40,624 nt of DNA from a bacterium (GTDB taxonomy: Bacteria; Sysuimicrobiota; Sysuimicrobiia; Sysuimicrobiales; Kaftiobacteriaceae). Of the stretch, positions 18,107 to 27,690 are shown piece after piece. Each line of letters starts with the position of its first letter. The first letter of the stretch is position 1. The stretch covers positions 1 through 40,624 of the forward strand of contig JBIOWP010000027.1 of the NCBI GenBank assembly GCA_044868695.1. The letters are read 5' to 3'. The notes under the pieces are model-generated. The model searched no databases and was not told the DNA's origin. It worked only from the letters and a program-made list of their open reading frames with translations. The translations under genes and the position numbers were made by a program.

Positions 18107-19090
18107 CTAGTACGCCGCGAGCGTCCGGATGGCAGCGGCGATCTTGTCTTTGGTGAGATAGAACCACTCTTCCAGGGGCTTCGCGAAGGGAATGCCGGGC
18201 ACGTCCGGACCAGCCAGCCGCAGGACCGGGGCATCCAGGTCAAAGAACGCTTTCTCAGCGATCAGCGCGGCGATTTCGGCCCCGTAGCCTAGGAAACGGT
18301 TGTCTTCGTACACGATGAGGGCGCGGTTGGTCTTCCCCACCGACGTCAGGATGGTCTCTGTGTCAAGCGGCGCCAGGGTCCGGACGTCAACGACCTCGGC
18401 ATCGATCCCCTCCGCGGACGCCATCTCGGCCGCGGCGAGCGATTCGTGCAGCATCCAGCCGTACGCGAAGACCGAGAGATCCCGGCCTTCGCGCCGGACC
18501 GCGGCCGGTCCGATCGGAACGGAGTAGTCACCGTCAGGCACCTCGCCGCGTACCGTCCGGTACATGCGTTTGTGCTCCAGGAAGAGGACCGGGTCGGGGT
18601 CGCGGATCGCCGCCTTCAGCATGCCCTTCGCATCGTAGGGGGTGGACGGCGCGACCACCTTGAGACCGGGCACATGCGCGTAGAACGCCTCGATGGACTG
18701 CGAGTGGTACAGCGCGGTGCCGTGAGACCCGCCGTACGGCGCGCGCAGCACGACGGGGCACCCGTACGCGTTGTTGGACCGGTAGCGCATCCGTGCCGCC
18801 TCGCTCACGATCTGATTGAACGCCGGGTGGATAAAATCGGCGAACTGAAACTCGGCGATCGGCCGCAGGCCGTTGCACGCCATCCCGATGGCCACGCCGG
18901 CAATCGAGGACTCCGCCAGCGGCGTATCGATCACGCGGTCCTCGCCGAACTGTTCCAGCAGCCCCATCGTCGCGCCGAACACGCCGCCCTTGCGCCCGAC
19001 GTCCTCGCCGAGCACCAGGACTTGCTCGTCGCGCGCCATCTCCTCGTGGTGGGCCTGGTTGATCGCGTCGATGTACCGGATCTCCGGCAT
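18107..19090 (-). CDS. 2-oxoacid dehydrogenase E1 beta subunit
   Basis: GEDVGRKGGVF, DTPLAES, EFQFADF, HSQSIEA motifs. Confidence 0.94.
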   Translation of the reverse strand: MPEIRYIDAINQAHHEEMARDEQVLVLGEDVGRKGGVFGATMGLLEQFGEDRVIDTPLAESSIAGVAIGMACNGLRPIAEFQFADFIHPAFNQIVSEAARMRYRSNNAYGCPVVLRAPYGGSHGTALYHSQSIEAFYAHVPGLKVVAPSTPYDAKGMLKAAIRDPDPVLFLEHKRMYRTVRGEVPDGDYSVPIGPAAVRREGRDLSVFAYGWMLHESLAAAEMASAEGIDAEVVDVRTLAPLDTETILTSVGKTNRALIVYEDNRFLGYGAEIAALIAEKAFFDLDAPVLRLAGPDVPGIPFAKPLEEWFYLTKDKIAAAIRTLAAY

Positions 19091-19098
19091 GGGCGTTC

Positions 19099-20118
19099 CT
19101 ACTCCCCCTCGTCAAACACGTAGCGCGCCGCGCTGTCCGCCTCAGGCACCGGTGCGCGATCGGCCTCGTCCGTGGCCGCGTCGATCTCCCGGCGGATCCG
19201 GTCGGTCATCTCCGCCAGCCGGGCCGCGGTCAGCAGGCCGCAGTGTTCCAGATAGGCCCGGAAGGTCAGCAGCGGGTCGCGCTTACGGACCTGTTCGAGC
19301 TCCTCCCGCGACCGGTAGCGTTCCTGCTGATCGTCGCTGCTGTGCGATCCGAGCCGCGGGACGTGGTATTCGATCAGCGTCGGACCCTCGCCGCGCTTCG
19401 CGCGGTCGTAGGCCTCCCTGGCGACACGATAACATTCGAGGACGTCGCTGCCGTCCGCGGAGATTCCCGGCATGCCGTACCCGGCGGCGCGCGCGGCGAC
19501 GCTGTCCACGGCCATCTGCTTGCGCAGGGGGACCGAGATCGCCAGTTCGTTGTTCTCCACGATGAGCAGCACCGGACAGCGGTGGACGGCGGCGAAGTTC
19601 ATCGCCTCGTGCCAGTCGCCCTGGCTGGTTCCTCCTTCGCCAATGCCGACCATGGTGATCTCACCGGTCTTGCGGAGCTTGGCCGCGTACGCGATGCCGA
19701 CCGCGTGCGGGTACTGTGTCCCAACGGGACTGCTGGTGGAAAGAATTTTGTACTTCGGGTGGCCGTAGTGGCCCGGCATCTGCCTGCCGCCGCTGCTGGG
19801 ATCGGTGGCGCGGGCGAACAGGCCCAGCAGGATGTCCGCCGGCGTCATTCCCTTGACCAGGCAGGCGGCCACCGAGCGGTAGAACGGCACCAGCCAGTCG
19901 CGGCCCTTATCCATCGGCCACATCGCCGCGACCTGGCAGCCCTCATGGCCGGCCCCAGAAATGACAAACATCGCTTTGCCGGCTCGTTGCAGGACCCACA
20001 TCCGTTCGTCGAGGGCGCGGGAGAGCGCGATATAGTAATACATCTCCAAGACGTCCTGGTCGGACAGCCCCAGCGCCCGGTGGCGGGCTTCCACGGTGGC
20101 CTTGGCTTTTGCGCTCAT
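19099..20118 (-). CDS. 2-oxoacid dehydrogenase E1 alpha subunit (branched-chain type likely)
   Basis: GRQMPGHY, TPP motif GEGGTSQGDW...ENN, HSSDD; gene order lpd-E1a-E1b-E2 as in the Bacillus bkd operon. Confidence 0.93.
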   Translation of the reverse strand: MSAKAKATVEARHRALGLSDQDVLEMYYYIALSRALDERMWVLQRAGKAMFVISGAGHEGCQVAAMWPMDKGRDWLVPFYRSVAACLVKGMTPADILLGLFARATDPSSGGRQMPGHYGHPKYKILSTSSPVGTQYPHAVGIAYAAKLRKTGEITMVGIGEGGTSQGDWHEAMNFAAVHRCPVLLIVENNELAISVPLRKQMAVDSVAARAAGYGMPGISADGSDVLECYRVAREAYDRAKRGEGPTLIEYHVPRLGSHSSDDQQERYRSREELEQVRKRDPLLTFRAYLEHCGLLTAARLAEMTDRIRREIDAATDEADRAPVPEADSAARYVFDEGE

Positions 20119-20129
20119 CCCGTCCCCTC

Positions 20130-20150
20130 CCCCCCGCGATCCGCGGGGGG
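20130..20150. other. Strong GC hairpin between lpdA and E1 alpha
   Basis: CCCCCCGCG-ATC-CGCGGGGGG, abutting the E1 alpha GGAGG RBS; no U-tract. Confidence 0.55.
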
Positions 20151-20155
20151 CGGCG

Positions 20156-21559
20156 CTACATGTGGATGACGCGGCCCAGCGCGTCCAGTGCGGCTTCCTT
20201 CAATGCTTCCGACAGCGTCGGGTGGGAGTGGACCGCCGCCCCCACTTCCGTGGCGGTCGCCTCCAGATACTTGGCCGCCACGCCCTCGGCCAGCAGCTCG
20301 GTCACGCCGGGTCCGATCATATGAATCCCTAGCAGCTCGCCGATCTTCGCGTCGGTCACGACCTTGACGAAGCCTTCGCGCACGCCGTCAATCGACGCTT
20401 TGCTGTTGGCGGAGAAACTGAACCGCCCGACCTTGACCTCATGCCCCTGCTCCTTGGCCTGCCGCTCGCTGAGGCCGACGGTGGCGACCTGGGGGATGGA
20501 GAACGTCGGGCGCGGGACGGCGTCGTAGTTCAGCGGGTGCGCCTGCTGGCCCGCAATCGTCTCAACGGCGGCGATCGCCTCATCGCTGGCGACGTGGGCC
20601 AGCCGGAACGGCGACACGCCGGTCAGGACGTCACCGGCGGCAAAGACGCCCGAGGCCGTCGTGCGGAGCTGGTCGTCGACTTTCACGGCGCCTTTCTCCA
20701 GGGTCACCCCCGCTTCCGCCGCCGCCAGCGTGCCGGTCACCGGCGCGCGCCCCACGGCCACGAGCAGGTAGTCCGCCTCCAGGGGGGTGGTCTGATCCCC
20801 CTTCGCGACGGTGATCTTCACGCGGTTGCCTGCGCGCTGCACGGACGTTGCCGTGGCCTGCGTCAACACTTTGATGCCGCGCCGGACAAACGATCGCTCG
20901 AGGGCCTGGCCGATCTCCTCATCCTCAAGGGGCACGAGCGTCGGCAGCAGCTCGATGAGCGTTACCTCGCTCCCGAACGCGCGGAAGAGGCTGGCGAATT
21001 CCACCCCGACCGGACCGGCACCGAGGATGGCGATCGACCGCGGGATCTCTTGGAGGCTGAGCGCGTCCGTGCTGTCGATGATGCGGGCGTGGTCGAACGC
21101 GATCCCCGGGATGCTCCGGGGAGCCGACCCCGTGGTGATAAGCACGTGGCGGGCCGTGAGCTCGGTTTCCGACCCGTCGGCGAGGGCCACGCCGACCTTC
21201 GTCGCGCTCAGAAACCGGCCCTCTCCGGAGAAGACATCCACCTTGTTCTTGCGCATGAGCGCCTGCACGCCTTTGAAGAGCTGCTCCACGACCCTGGTTT
21301 TTCGGCGCTGCACGGCGGGCAGATCCACCATCACCCGGTCCACGGCCAATCCGAGCTCCCGGGGATCGGTAAGGTGGTCCGCCAGTTCGGCGGTGTGAAG
21401 CATTGCCTTGGTGGGGATACAGCCGATATGGAGGCAGGTCCCGCCGACTTTCTCCCGCTCCACGAGCGCTACATGCAGCCCGAGCTGTGCGGCGCGAATC
21501 GCGCCGACGTAGCCGCCGGGGCCGCCGCCGATGATGATGAGCCCGTAGGGGTCAGGCAT
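20156..21559 (-). CDS. lpdA: Dihydrolipoyl dehydrogenase (E3)
   Basis: GGGPGGY, GGTCLHIGCIPTK redox disulfide, HPTLSE. Confidence 0.97.
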   Translation of the reverse strand: MPDPYGLIIIGGGPGGYVGAIRAAQLGLHVALVEREKVGGTCLHIGCIPTKAMLHTAELADHLTDPRELGLAVDRVMVDLPAVQRRKTRVVEQLFKGVQALMRKNKVDVFSGEGRFLSATKVGVALADGSETELTARHVLITTGSAPRSIPGIAFDHARIIDSTDALSLQEIPRSIAILGAGPVGVEFASLFRAFGSEVTLIELLPTLVPLEDEEIGQALERSFVRRGIKVLTQATATSVQRAGNRVKITVAKGDQTTPLEADYLLVAVGRAPVTGTLAAAEAGVTLEKGAVKVDDQLRTTASGVFAAGDVLTGVSPFRLAHVASDEAIAAVETIAGQQAHPLNYDAVPRPTFSIPQVATVGLSERQAKEQGHEVKVGRFSFSANSKASIDGVREGFVKVVTDAKIGELLGIHMIGPGVTELLAEGVAAKYLEATATEVGAAVHSHPTLSEALKEAALDALGRVIHM

Positions 21560-21617
21560 CGCGACGAGGTCCTCCGTGGTGTTCGGAGATGTTCACGGGC
21601 TTCCTGCTCACACGCGC

Positions 21618-22037
21618 CTAGTGGATGAGACGCCCCGGCATCGTGCCGAGTGGTTTGCGCCCGGCGAATCCCTCCTGCGGGCCGTGCCAGTAGCCGATGG
21701 CGGACTCGCCGAGATGCCAGCACAGGAAGAATTCGCTGCCGTCGGCCCGCGCGGGAAAGTCGACCAGTCCCTGTTCCACATCCCGCAGCACGCACCCAAC
21801 CTCTTCCAACCGGCCGAGGAGTTCGGTCACCTCGCGTGTGTGCGCGTCGGCGCGAGCCTGCAAGTCCGCGATCTCTTCGAGCACGCGCTCCCCGGCCTCC
21901 AGGCGCCGCCACAGCGCGTCGAGCTGCTCGGTCGTGGATGCCGTCTGCGCGTTCAAGTCTTTCAGGCGGGCCAGCAGGGGCGCGACCTGCACGAGCGCCC
22001 GATTTGCCTCGTCGAGGGAGAAATAGCGGATGGGCAT
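21618..22037 (-). CDS. DUF2203-family protein
   Basis: FSLDEAN...GCVLRDVEQGLVDFP...LCWHLGE...YWH...GFAGRKPL. Confidence 0.85.
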   Translation of the reverse strand: MPIRYFSLDEANRALVQVAPLLARLKDLNAQTASTTEQLDALWRRLEAGERVLEEIADLQARADAHTREVTELLGRLEEVGCVLRDVEQGLVDFPARADGSEFFLCWHLGESAIGYWHGPQEGFAGRKPLGTMPGRLIH

Positions 22038-22057
22038 CGATCCCGGATCCTGTTTCC

Positions 22058-22087
22058 ACTATACGGGCGCGGCGCCGGTAGCGTCAA
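22058..22087 (-). promoter_or_regulatory. Sigma70-type promoter for the DUF2203-lpdA cluster
   Basis: TTGACG-N18-TATAGT. Confidence 0.65.
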
Positions 22088-22103
22088 GCAGCCCTCACGC
22101 GCG

Positions 22104-23639
22104 CTATTTTGTCACGCGGACTCGGATCGTGTGATACCCTGAAGCGCCATCCGGCAGCGTGGGCGTTTCCTTTGACGTCTGAAGCACGCCCGCGCCGTCT
22201 TTTGCGCGGACCTTGAGGGTGTACTCCCCGGGCGCCGTCGGGGTCCAGAGCGCCGCCCACAGCACCCAGGTGAACCTGCTGAGCGGGGATTTCACCTCGG
22301 CCGGGCGCCACGTCGTGCCCGCATCGGTGCTGAATTCCACCTGGGTCACACCGCGGTCCCCGGCATAGGCGACCCCGCCGACTGCGACGTCGCCCATGGT
22401 CACGGTGCGCGGAGGGACGGCGAACAGCGACATCGTCTTCACGACTGCTTCGTCGCTCCACCCCGAAGCCTCCCAATATCCCCGGAAGTCATAGTTGACC
22501 ACCTCGATCTTGGTGATCCACTTGGGGTTCTTCATGCCGAACAGCCCCGGGACCAGCAGCCGGACGGGGAACCCGTGCTTCGTCGGGAGCGGCTCACCGT
22601 TCATCTCGTAGGCCAGCAGCGTCGCCGCATCCAACGCGTCTCCGATCGGGATCGACTCGGTATACCCGTCGGCGCACCGGAACGCGACTTTGACGGCGGT
22701 GGTCGCCGGCCCGCCGGCACGCTGCAGGACGTCTCGCAGGCGCACGCCCTTCCACCGCGCAGTGCTGATCAGGTCGCCGCCCACCTCATTGCTGATGCAT
22801 TCAAGCGTCTGAACCTGCTCGACGGGGAGCATCGCCTTCAAATCGTCATAGGTGAGGCGCAGCGGCCGTGAGACCAGGCCGGCGACCTCCAGGGACCATC
22901 TCGCCACGCTGACGACCGGATCGAAACTCGGCGGGTTCTTGCTCACTACGTAGAACTGCTCGTTGGGTGTGATCTCCGGCGGCAGGCCCTTGATTCGCGA
23001 GAAGAGACTCTGCGCAGACACTGCGGCCCGGCGCATCGCCACCACGAGCCACTGCGCCGCAGCCCCGCCGGAGGCGGACGCGAGCACGATCCCGACCGCG
23101 CGAGAGACCACCTCACGGCGCGTGAGACCGGTGTCGCTCCCCTTCGGCGCACCGGCGCCGCGGCGAAACCCCAGGCACAGCGCCGTGTACGGCACGGCGA
23201 ATAGCACGCCGTACGCCAGCAATGCCACGGGGACGGTCCAGGATCGTTCGGTCCCGCCTTCGGCGGCCAGCCGCTCGGCCAGGTAGCGCGATGCGGGGCG
23301 GAGCGTCAGGATCCCCAGGAGCCCGGTGGCGAGCGCCCATGATGCGAGCACCAGCCGAGCGGGTCTCCGACCGGCCCACCGCGCCACCACGGCGCCGATC
23401 AGCCCAAGCACCACCACAAGCGCGAACAGCATCCCCCAGAAGGCGGCGGGCTTGGCGGCAAACTTCAGACGGACGATCAAGAAGGAAAACAGCTCCATAG
23501 GAATCAACCGCATCTGCCGTTCCCACAGCGCAAGCGCCACGACCGGAATCCCACGGGTCAGGAATCCGAAGTAGATGGCGACCGTCGTGAGCGCGCCCGC
23601 CGCAAGGCCAGCCCAGAAGCCGGAACGAGCCGAAGCCAT
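22104..23639 (-). CDS. Membrane-anchored sulfite-oxidase-family molybdopterin oxidoreductase (about 5 TM, internal twin-arginine)
   Basis: Four N-terminal hydrophobic helices, then TRREVV plus a fifth helix; Mo-ligand TLECISN; MNGEPLPTKHGFPVRL; KNPKWI; C-terminal Ig-like domain. Start could be the GTG at 23645. Confidence 0.88.
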   Translation of the reverse strand: MASARSGFWAGLAAGALTTVAIYFGFLTRGIPVVALALWERQMRLIPMELFSFLIVRLKFAAKPAAFWGMLFALVVVLGLIGAVVARWAGRRPARLVLASWALATGLLGILTLRPASRYLAERLAAEGGTERSWTVPVALLAYGVLFAVPYTALCLGFRRGAGAPKGSDTGLTRREVVSRAVGIVLASASGGAAAQWLVVAMRRAAVSAQSLFSRIKGLPPEITPNEQFYVVSKNPPSFDPVVSVARWSLEVAGLVSRPLRLTYDDLKAMLPVEQVQTLECISNEVGGDLISTARWKGVRLRDVLQRAGGPATTAVKVAFRCADGYTESIPIGDALDAATLLAYEMNGEPLPTKHGFPVRLLVPGLFGMKNPKWITKIEVVNYDFRGYWEASGWSDEAVVKTMSLFAVPPRTVTMGDVAVGGVAYAGDRGVTQVEFSTDAGTTWRPAEVKSPLSRFTWVLWAALWTPTAPGEYTLKVRAKDGAGVLQTSKETPTLPDGASGYHTIRVRVTK

Positions 23640-23701
23640 CGTCACGGACGAGTATAGCGCACTACGGGTCACAGCGCTGTCACGCGATTCTCATGCTCCA
23701 G

Positions 23702-24253
23702 CTATCTGCCAATCTCCCCCGCCAGTACGGGCGTCCCCGGCCGAGGGTCGTACGCCCCCTTGTTGCCGTCGGACTCCAGCGTGACAACCACGGCGTTGTA
23801 GGGAGCGAGGCTGTTGGCGATCGAGAACGATCCGACGTAGGCGCGCATGCTGCCGGCGCGTGCTTTCAAGACACCGGTGCTCAGCGCGTACGGAATGTCG
23901 CGCGACAGCGCGGCGAACTCCGGGTTCCCGAAGGCGGCGCCGTATTTCTGGTCCGCGTCCGACGCATGGGACATACCGGGACCGCCCTTTTTCCCGGCAT
24001 CCACGACCCATCCCTCCAGGACGGAACCCATCGGGAGGCTCGTCCCGTCGGCCAACTGCACGGTGATCTGGACCATCCCTTTCTCGACGTCCACATCGGC
24101 GAATCCCGTAGCGCCCTGCAGCCCCGCGTTCCTCGCCAGCGGCGTGGGCAACAGCTTGACCCGCGTCATCATCATCGCCGCGTCGGACGAGGCGATACTG
24201 AAGATGACCAACACGACGGCCATTGCCGCCAGCCTCTCAAGTCTCCTGCGCAT
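23702..24253 (-). CDS. Secreted protein with an RskA (anti-sigma-K) C-terminal-like domain
   Basis: Signal peptide; EGWVVD and AVVVTLESDG..PGTPVLAG resemble RskA_C; the mature N-terminus starts with a Met-Met-Met run. Confidence 0.6.
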   Translation of the reverse strand: MRRRLERLAAMAVVLVIFSIASSDAAMMMTRVKLLPTPLARNAGLQGATGFADVDVEKGMVQITVQLADGTSLPMGSVLEGWVVDAGKKGGPGMSHASDADQKYGAAFGNPEFAALSRDIPYALSTGVLKARAGSMRAYVGSFSIANSLAPYNAVVVTLESDGNKGAYDPRPGTPVLAGEIGR

Positions 24254-24309
24254 GAGAACACCCCCGTCGGCCACACAGGCTCGGGACGCGCTGCGTCCCG
24301 GCGTGTCTC

Positions 24310-24363
24310 ATGCTAGCGACGCTGGATGAAGGGCGGATGAACAACGTGCTAAGGCTCGGTAAA
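24310..24363 (-). promoter_or_regulatory. Four 11-bp-period direct repeats plus -10 element (OmpR/PhoB-type box)
   Basis: Minus strand TTTACC-n5-TTAGCA-n5-TTCATC-n5-TTCATC-n9-TAGCAT. Confidence 0.65.
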
Positions 24364-24372
24364 GGTGGGAGA

Positions 24373-25416
24373 CTACGGGCGGACCTGGACGCGGACGCGG
24401 TGCAGGCCCGACGCACCGTCCGGCAGCGTCGGGGTCTCCTCAACCGCTTGCCACTGCCCGCTTCCGTCCTGCGAGTGAACGCGCAGCGGGTAAGTTCCCG
24501 GACCCGGCGGCGTCCAGTCCGCGTTCCACAGGACCCAGGTGTGGGGACCCAGGGCGGGCCTCACCCGGGCCGGCAGCCACGTGCGGCCGTCATCAACGGA
24601 GTATTCCACGGCGCGGGTCCCCCGGCTGCCCGCGTAGGCGACCCCGCCGAGCTGAACCAGCTGACCGGCGCGTACGGCAGCTCCCGATGCCGGCGTGGTG
24701 AATTTGGACATCGTCTTCACTACGGCCTCGTCGGTCCAACCCCGCTGTTCCCAGTACCCCAGGTGGTGGTCGGCGGGCTCGATGCGCGTAATCCATTTGG
24801 GATTTTTCATCCCGTACAACCCGCCAACCAGGAGGCGTACCGGGAAGCCGTGCTTGGAGGGGAGCGGTTCGCCGTTCATCTCGAAGGCCAGTAGTGTGTC
24901 CGGACGCAGGGCATCCGCGGTGAGGATGGATTCGGTGTAGCCGTCGGCGCAGCGGAACACTACCTTCCGGGCGGTCACATCTGTACCCGCCATCTCCAAA
25001 ACGGTCCGCAGCGGGACGCCCCGCCACTTTGCGTTGCCGATGAGGTTGCCGCCGACCTCGTTGCTGATGCACTCCAGCGTGTGGAAACGCTCAACGGAAG
25101 GGAGCGCGCGGAGCTCCTGGTATGACAGCCGCATGGGCCCGCCGCGGCCGGCTACCTCCAATCGCCATTTCGCTGCGTCGATGACCGGATCGAATCCCGG
25201 GGGGTTCTTGCTGACCAGGTAGAACTGGCTGTTGGGCGTCACCTCGGGAGGAAGCCCCTGCACCGTCACCCCTTGGGCCGACGCGATCTCCCGGCGACCG
25301 CCGGCCAGCGCCCACCGCGCCAGCTCGGATCCCACCAGACTCCCCGCCGCGATCAGCGCCGAGCGGCGCAGCAGTTCACGCCGGGTGACACCGGTCTTCA
25401 GCTCGCTGTGCACCAC
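24373..25416 (-). CDS. Tat-exported sulfite-oxidase-family molybdopterin oxidoreductase
   Basis: N-terminal TRRELLRRS Tat signal; TLECISN; HGFPVRL; close paralogue of the catalytic domain of 22104-23639. Confidence 0.88.
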   Translation of the reverse strand: MVHSELKTGVTRRELLRRSALIAAGSLVGSELARWALAGGRREIASAQGVTVQGLPPEVTPNSQFYLVSKNPPGFDPVIDAAKWRLEVAGRGGPMRLSYQELRALPSVERFHTLECISNEVGGNLIGNAKWRGVPLRTVLEMAGTDVTARKVVFRCADGYTESILTADALRPDTLLAFEMNGEPLPSKHGFPVRLLVGGLYGMKNPKWITRIEPADHHLGYWEQRGWTDEAVVKTMSKFTTPASGAAVRAGQLVQLGGVAYAGSRGTRAVEYSVDDGRTWLPARVRPALGPHTWVLWNADWTPPGPGTYPLRVHSQDGSGQWQAVEETPTLPDGASGLHRVRVQVRP

Positions 25417-25444
25417 TCACCACCTCCGAAGTCGGTCCCGACGG

Positions 25445-25927
25445 CTACTGCAGCTGCTGCAGGGTGGCCGTGGCGAACACGACGTGGAACCGCTGGCAGT
25501 AGACGACGACCGAGCGGTATCGGACCAGGTCGGTGCCCGGTGGAATCTGATAGTTCTGGGCGCCGATATTGCCCTTGAGCCTCCCCAGACTGACAAACCC
25601 CTCATCGACGTCGCCCCTCGACGCGGGACTGGGATGTGCCGCGAGGTACAGGTAGAGATCGGGTCCGTTGGTCACGCGAAAGTCCTCCAGCCGCACGATG
25701 AGATCCGCGCCGGCCTTCCTGATGAGGGCGACGCCTGACCCTTTGTGCACAGCGTCCGCGTCGACGAACGTGCCTCGCGCCAGATCGGCGCCAGCGACGG
25801 CCGGTGGCGTCTGCTCTACGACCGTCCGGTTGATGAAAAGCGGAGACCCCAAATACCACGCCACCGGTGCGAGAAGGAGGACGGCGGCGGTGATCCACCA
25901 CACCCACGTGCGCGTCACGCGCATCAC
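25445..25927 (-). CDS. DM13-domain exported protein
   Basis: N-terminal TM/signal; HKGSG..LEDFRVTNGPDLYLYL..LGRLKGNIGAQNY..SVVVYCQRFHVVF. Confidence 0.88.
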   Translation of the reverse strand: MMRVTRTWVWWITAAVLLLAPVAWYLGSPLFINRTVVEQTPPAVAGADLARGTFVDADAVHKGSGVALIRKAGADLIVRLEDFRVTNGPDLYLYLAAHPSPASRGDVDEGFVSLGRLKGNIGAQNYQIPPGTDLVRYRSVVVYCQRFHVVFATATLQQLQ

Positions 25928-25933
25928 CGCAGG

Positions 25934-26530
25934 CTACTCCCAGGGCGAAGAGTAGCGCTCCTCCTTCCAGGGATCGGCATGGTTGTGGTACCCGTTGCGC
26001 TCCCAGAACCCCCGGCGGTCCTTCGCTATCAGCTCGATGCCGCGGACCCACTTGGCGCTCTTCCAGAAGTATAGCCGGGGCACGACCAGGCGCAGCGGCC
26101 ACCCGTGCTCTGGGGTGAGGTCCTCGCCGTCGGCACGGTACGCAAGCAGCGCATCCTCAGCCAGCAAGTACTCCAGCGGCAGGTTGGTCTCATAGCCCTG
26201 CTCCGCGTGCACCATCGCAAACTTGGCCTCGGGGCGCGGTCGAGCCAGGTCCAGCACCGCCTTTGCCGGCACGCCCTCGAACTCGACATCCAGCTTGCTC
26301 CACGCGGTCACGCAATGGATGTCGCGCCGCAGCGTCGCCTTCGGGAGCGCCACAAACTCCGTGTAGGTGAGCCGCACGGGCTGCTCGACCAGTCCGTAGA
26401 CCTGGAAGTCCCACGTGGCCGGGTTGAACCGCGGCACCGAACCGGCGTGCAGCACCGGCCACTTCTGCGTGAGGTACTGGCCGGGCGGCAGCCGGTCTAC
26501 TAGATCCGCTCGCGCCGAACGGTCCTTCAT
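25934..26530 (-). CDS. Cytoplasmic sulfite-oxidase-like molybdopterin protein (YuiH-like)
   Basis: RLPPGQ, DIHCVTAW, HGWPLRLVVPRLYFWKSAKW, GFWERNGYH; no signal peptide; AGGAGG RBS. Confidence 0.9.
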   Translation of the reverse strand: MKDRSARADLVDRLPPGQYLTQKWPVLHAGSVPRFNPATWDFQVYGLVEQPVRLTYTEFVALPKATLRRDIHCVTAWSKLDVEFEGVPAKAVLDLARPRPEAKFAMVHAEQGYETNLPLEYLLAEDALLAYRADGEDLTPEHGWPLRLVVPRLYFWKSAKWVRGIELIAKDRRGFWERNGYHNHADPWKEERYSSPWE

Positions 26531-26550
26531 CGACTCCTCCTACCGTCACC

Positions 26551-26582
26551 ACGCTACCCGCGTGTTGTGAAGATCGTGCAAA
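26551..26582 (-). promoter_or_regulatory. Two 11-bp-period repeats plus -10 element
   Basis: Minus strand TTTGCA-n5-TTCACA-n9-TAGCGT; same geometry as 24310-24363. Confidence 0.55.
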
Positions 26583-26600
26583 CATCCGGCGGTGCGTTCG

Positions 26601-27674
26601 TCAGCTGGATGCGGGAACGGTCAACCAGACCGTCGTCGTGCCCCCGCCGCTGCTGGCCCCGACCCGCCCGCGATGAACCCCGGCCACTTCTTTGACGATG
26701 GCCAGCCCGATCCCCGCTCCCCCAGACTCCCGCGAGCGCGACTTCTCCGCGCGGTAGAATCGCTCAAAGATGAACGGGAGGTCGGCGGCGGCAATTCCCT
26801 CGCCGGTGTTGGTCACCGCGATCCGCACCTCCCCACCTGTCCTCGCGACGTCCACGGTCACCTCGCCGCCGGCCGGAGTGTACTTGGCGGCGTTGTCCAG
26901 CAGGTTGCCGAGGGCCTGCACCAGCAGGTCGGTGTCGGCGCGCACCGTGTCGTGGCCGGGCACGGTGACTCGTACCGCAATCCCCTTCGCGTCGAACTCC
27001 GGCCTGCGCAGCGTCAGCAGTCGCCCGATGAGCTCCTCGAGGGCGATGTCTGCCAGATGCGCGTGCGGGAGCCGCGCATCGAACTGGGACAGCGCGTGCA
27101 GGGCCTCCACCAGTCGCACCAACCGCATGACTTCTTCATGCAGCACGGCGATGACATCACCCGACGCTGGTGAGACGCCTTCGCCGATCGCCTCCAGATA
27201 GCCCCGCAGGTTGGTCAGCGGCGTGCGGAGCTCGTGCGCCACGTTGCTGACGAGATCCTTGCGGAGGCGCTCCAGCGTGGCCAGCGATTCGGCCATGCGG
27301 TTGAGCGACTCCCCCAGCGACTCTAGCTCGGCGGATGACGCCGTACTCACGCGGGCCTCGTAGTGCCCCGCGGCGATGCGGCCGGCCATCGCCATCATGC
27401 TGCGGACCGGCTGCACGACGCGCCGGAACAGTACGACGCTGAGCAGGACCCCGGCGCCGCCTGCCGCCAGGCTGGCCAGCGCCAGTGAGCGCCACAGCGT
27501 CGAGACGAACATCTGGTGCGGCTCGTCGGTCTGGATCTGGAACTCCTTCATCAGACTGGCGAAGGAGGCGTCGGCGAGGCGCCCGACCATGATCGCCGTG
27601 GTCCCTACTGCGACGCCGACGACGAGAAGGTTGATGCCCAGAAGCGTCCAGAACACGCTGCGCCGCACGCCCAC
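26601..27674 (-). CDS. HAMP-domain sensor histidine kinase (BaeS-like)
   Basis: Two TM helices with a short loop, HAMP domain, H-box VAHELRTPL, N-box NLLDNAAKY, FERFYR, GAGIGLAI. Confidence 0.93.
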   Translation of the reverse strand: MGVRRSVFWTLLGINLLVVGVAVGTTAIMVGRLADASFASLMKEFQIQTDEPHQMFVSTLWRSLALASLAAGGAGVLLSVVLFRRVVQPVRSMMAMAGRIAAGHYEARVSTASSAELESLGESLNRMAESLATLERLRKDLVSNVAHELRTPLTNLRGYLEAIGEGVSPASGDVIAVLHEEVMRLVRLVEALHALSQFDARLPHAHLADIALEELIGRLLTLRRPEFDAKGIAVRVTVPGHDTVRADTDLLVQALGNLLDNAAKYTPAGGEVTVDVARTGGEVRIAVTNTGEGIAAADLPFIFERFYRAEKSRSRESGGAGIGLAIVKEVAGVHRGRVGASSGGGTTTVWLTVPASS

Positions 27675-27690
27675 CTCAGGGACGGAACGG

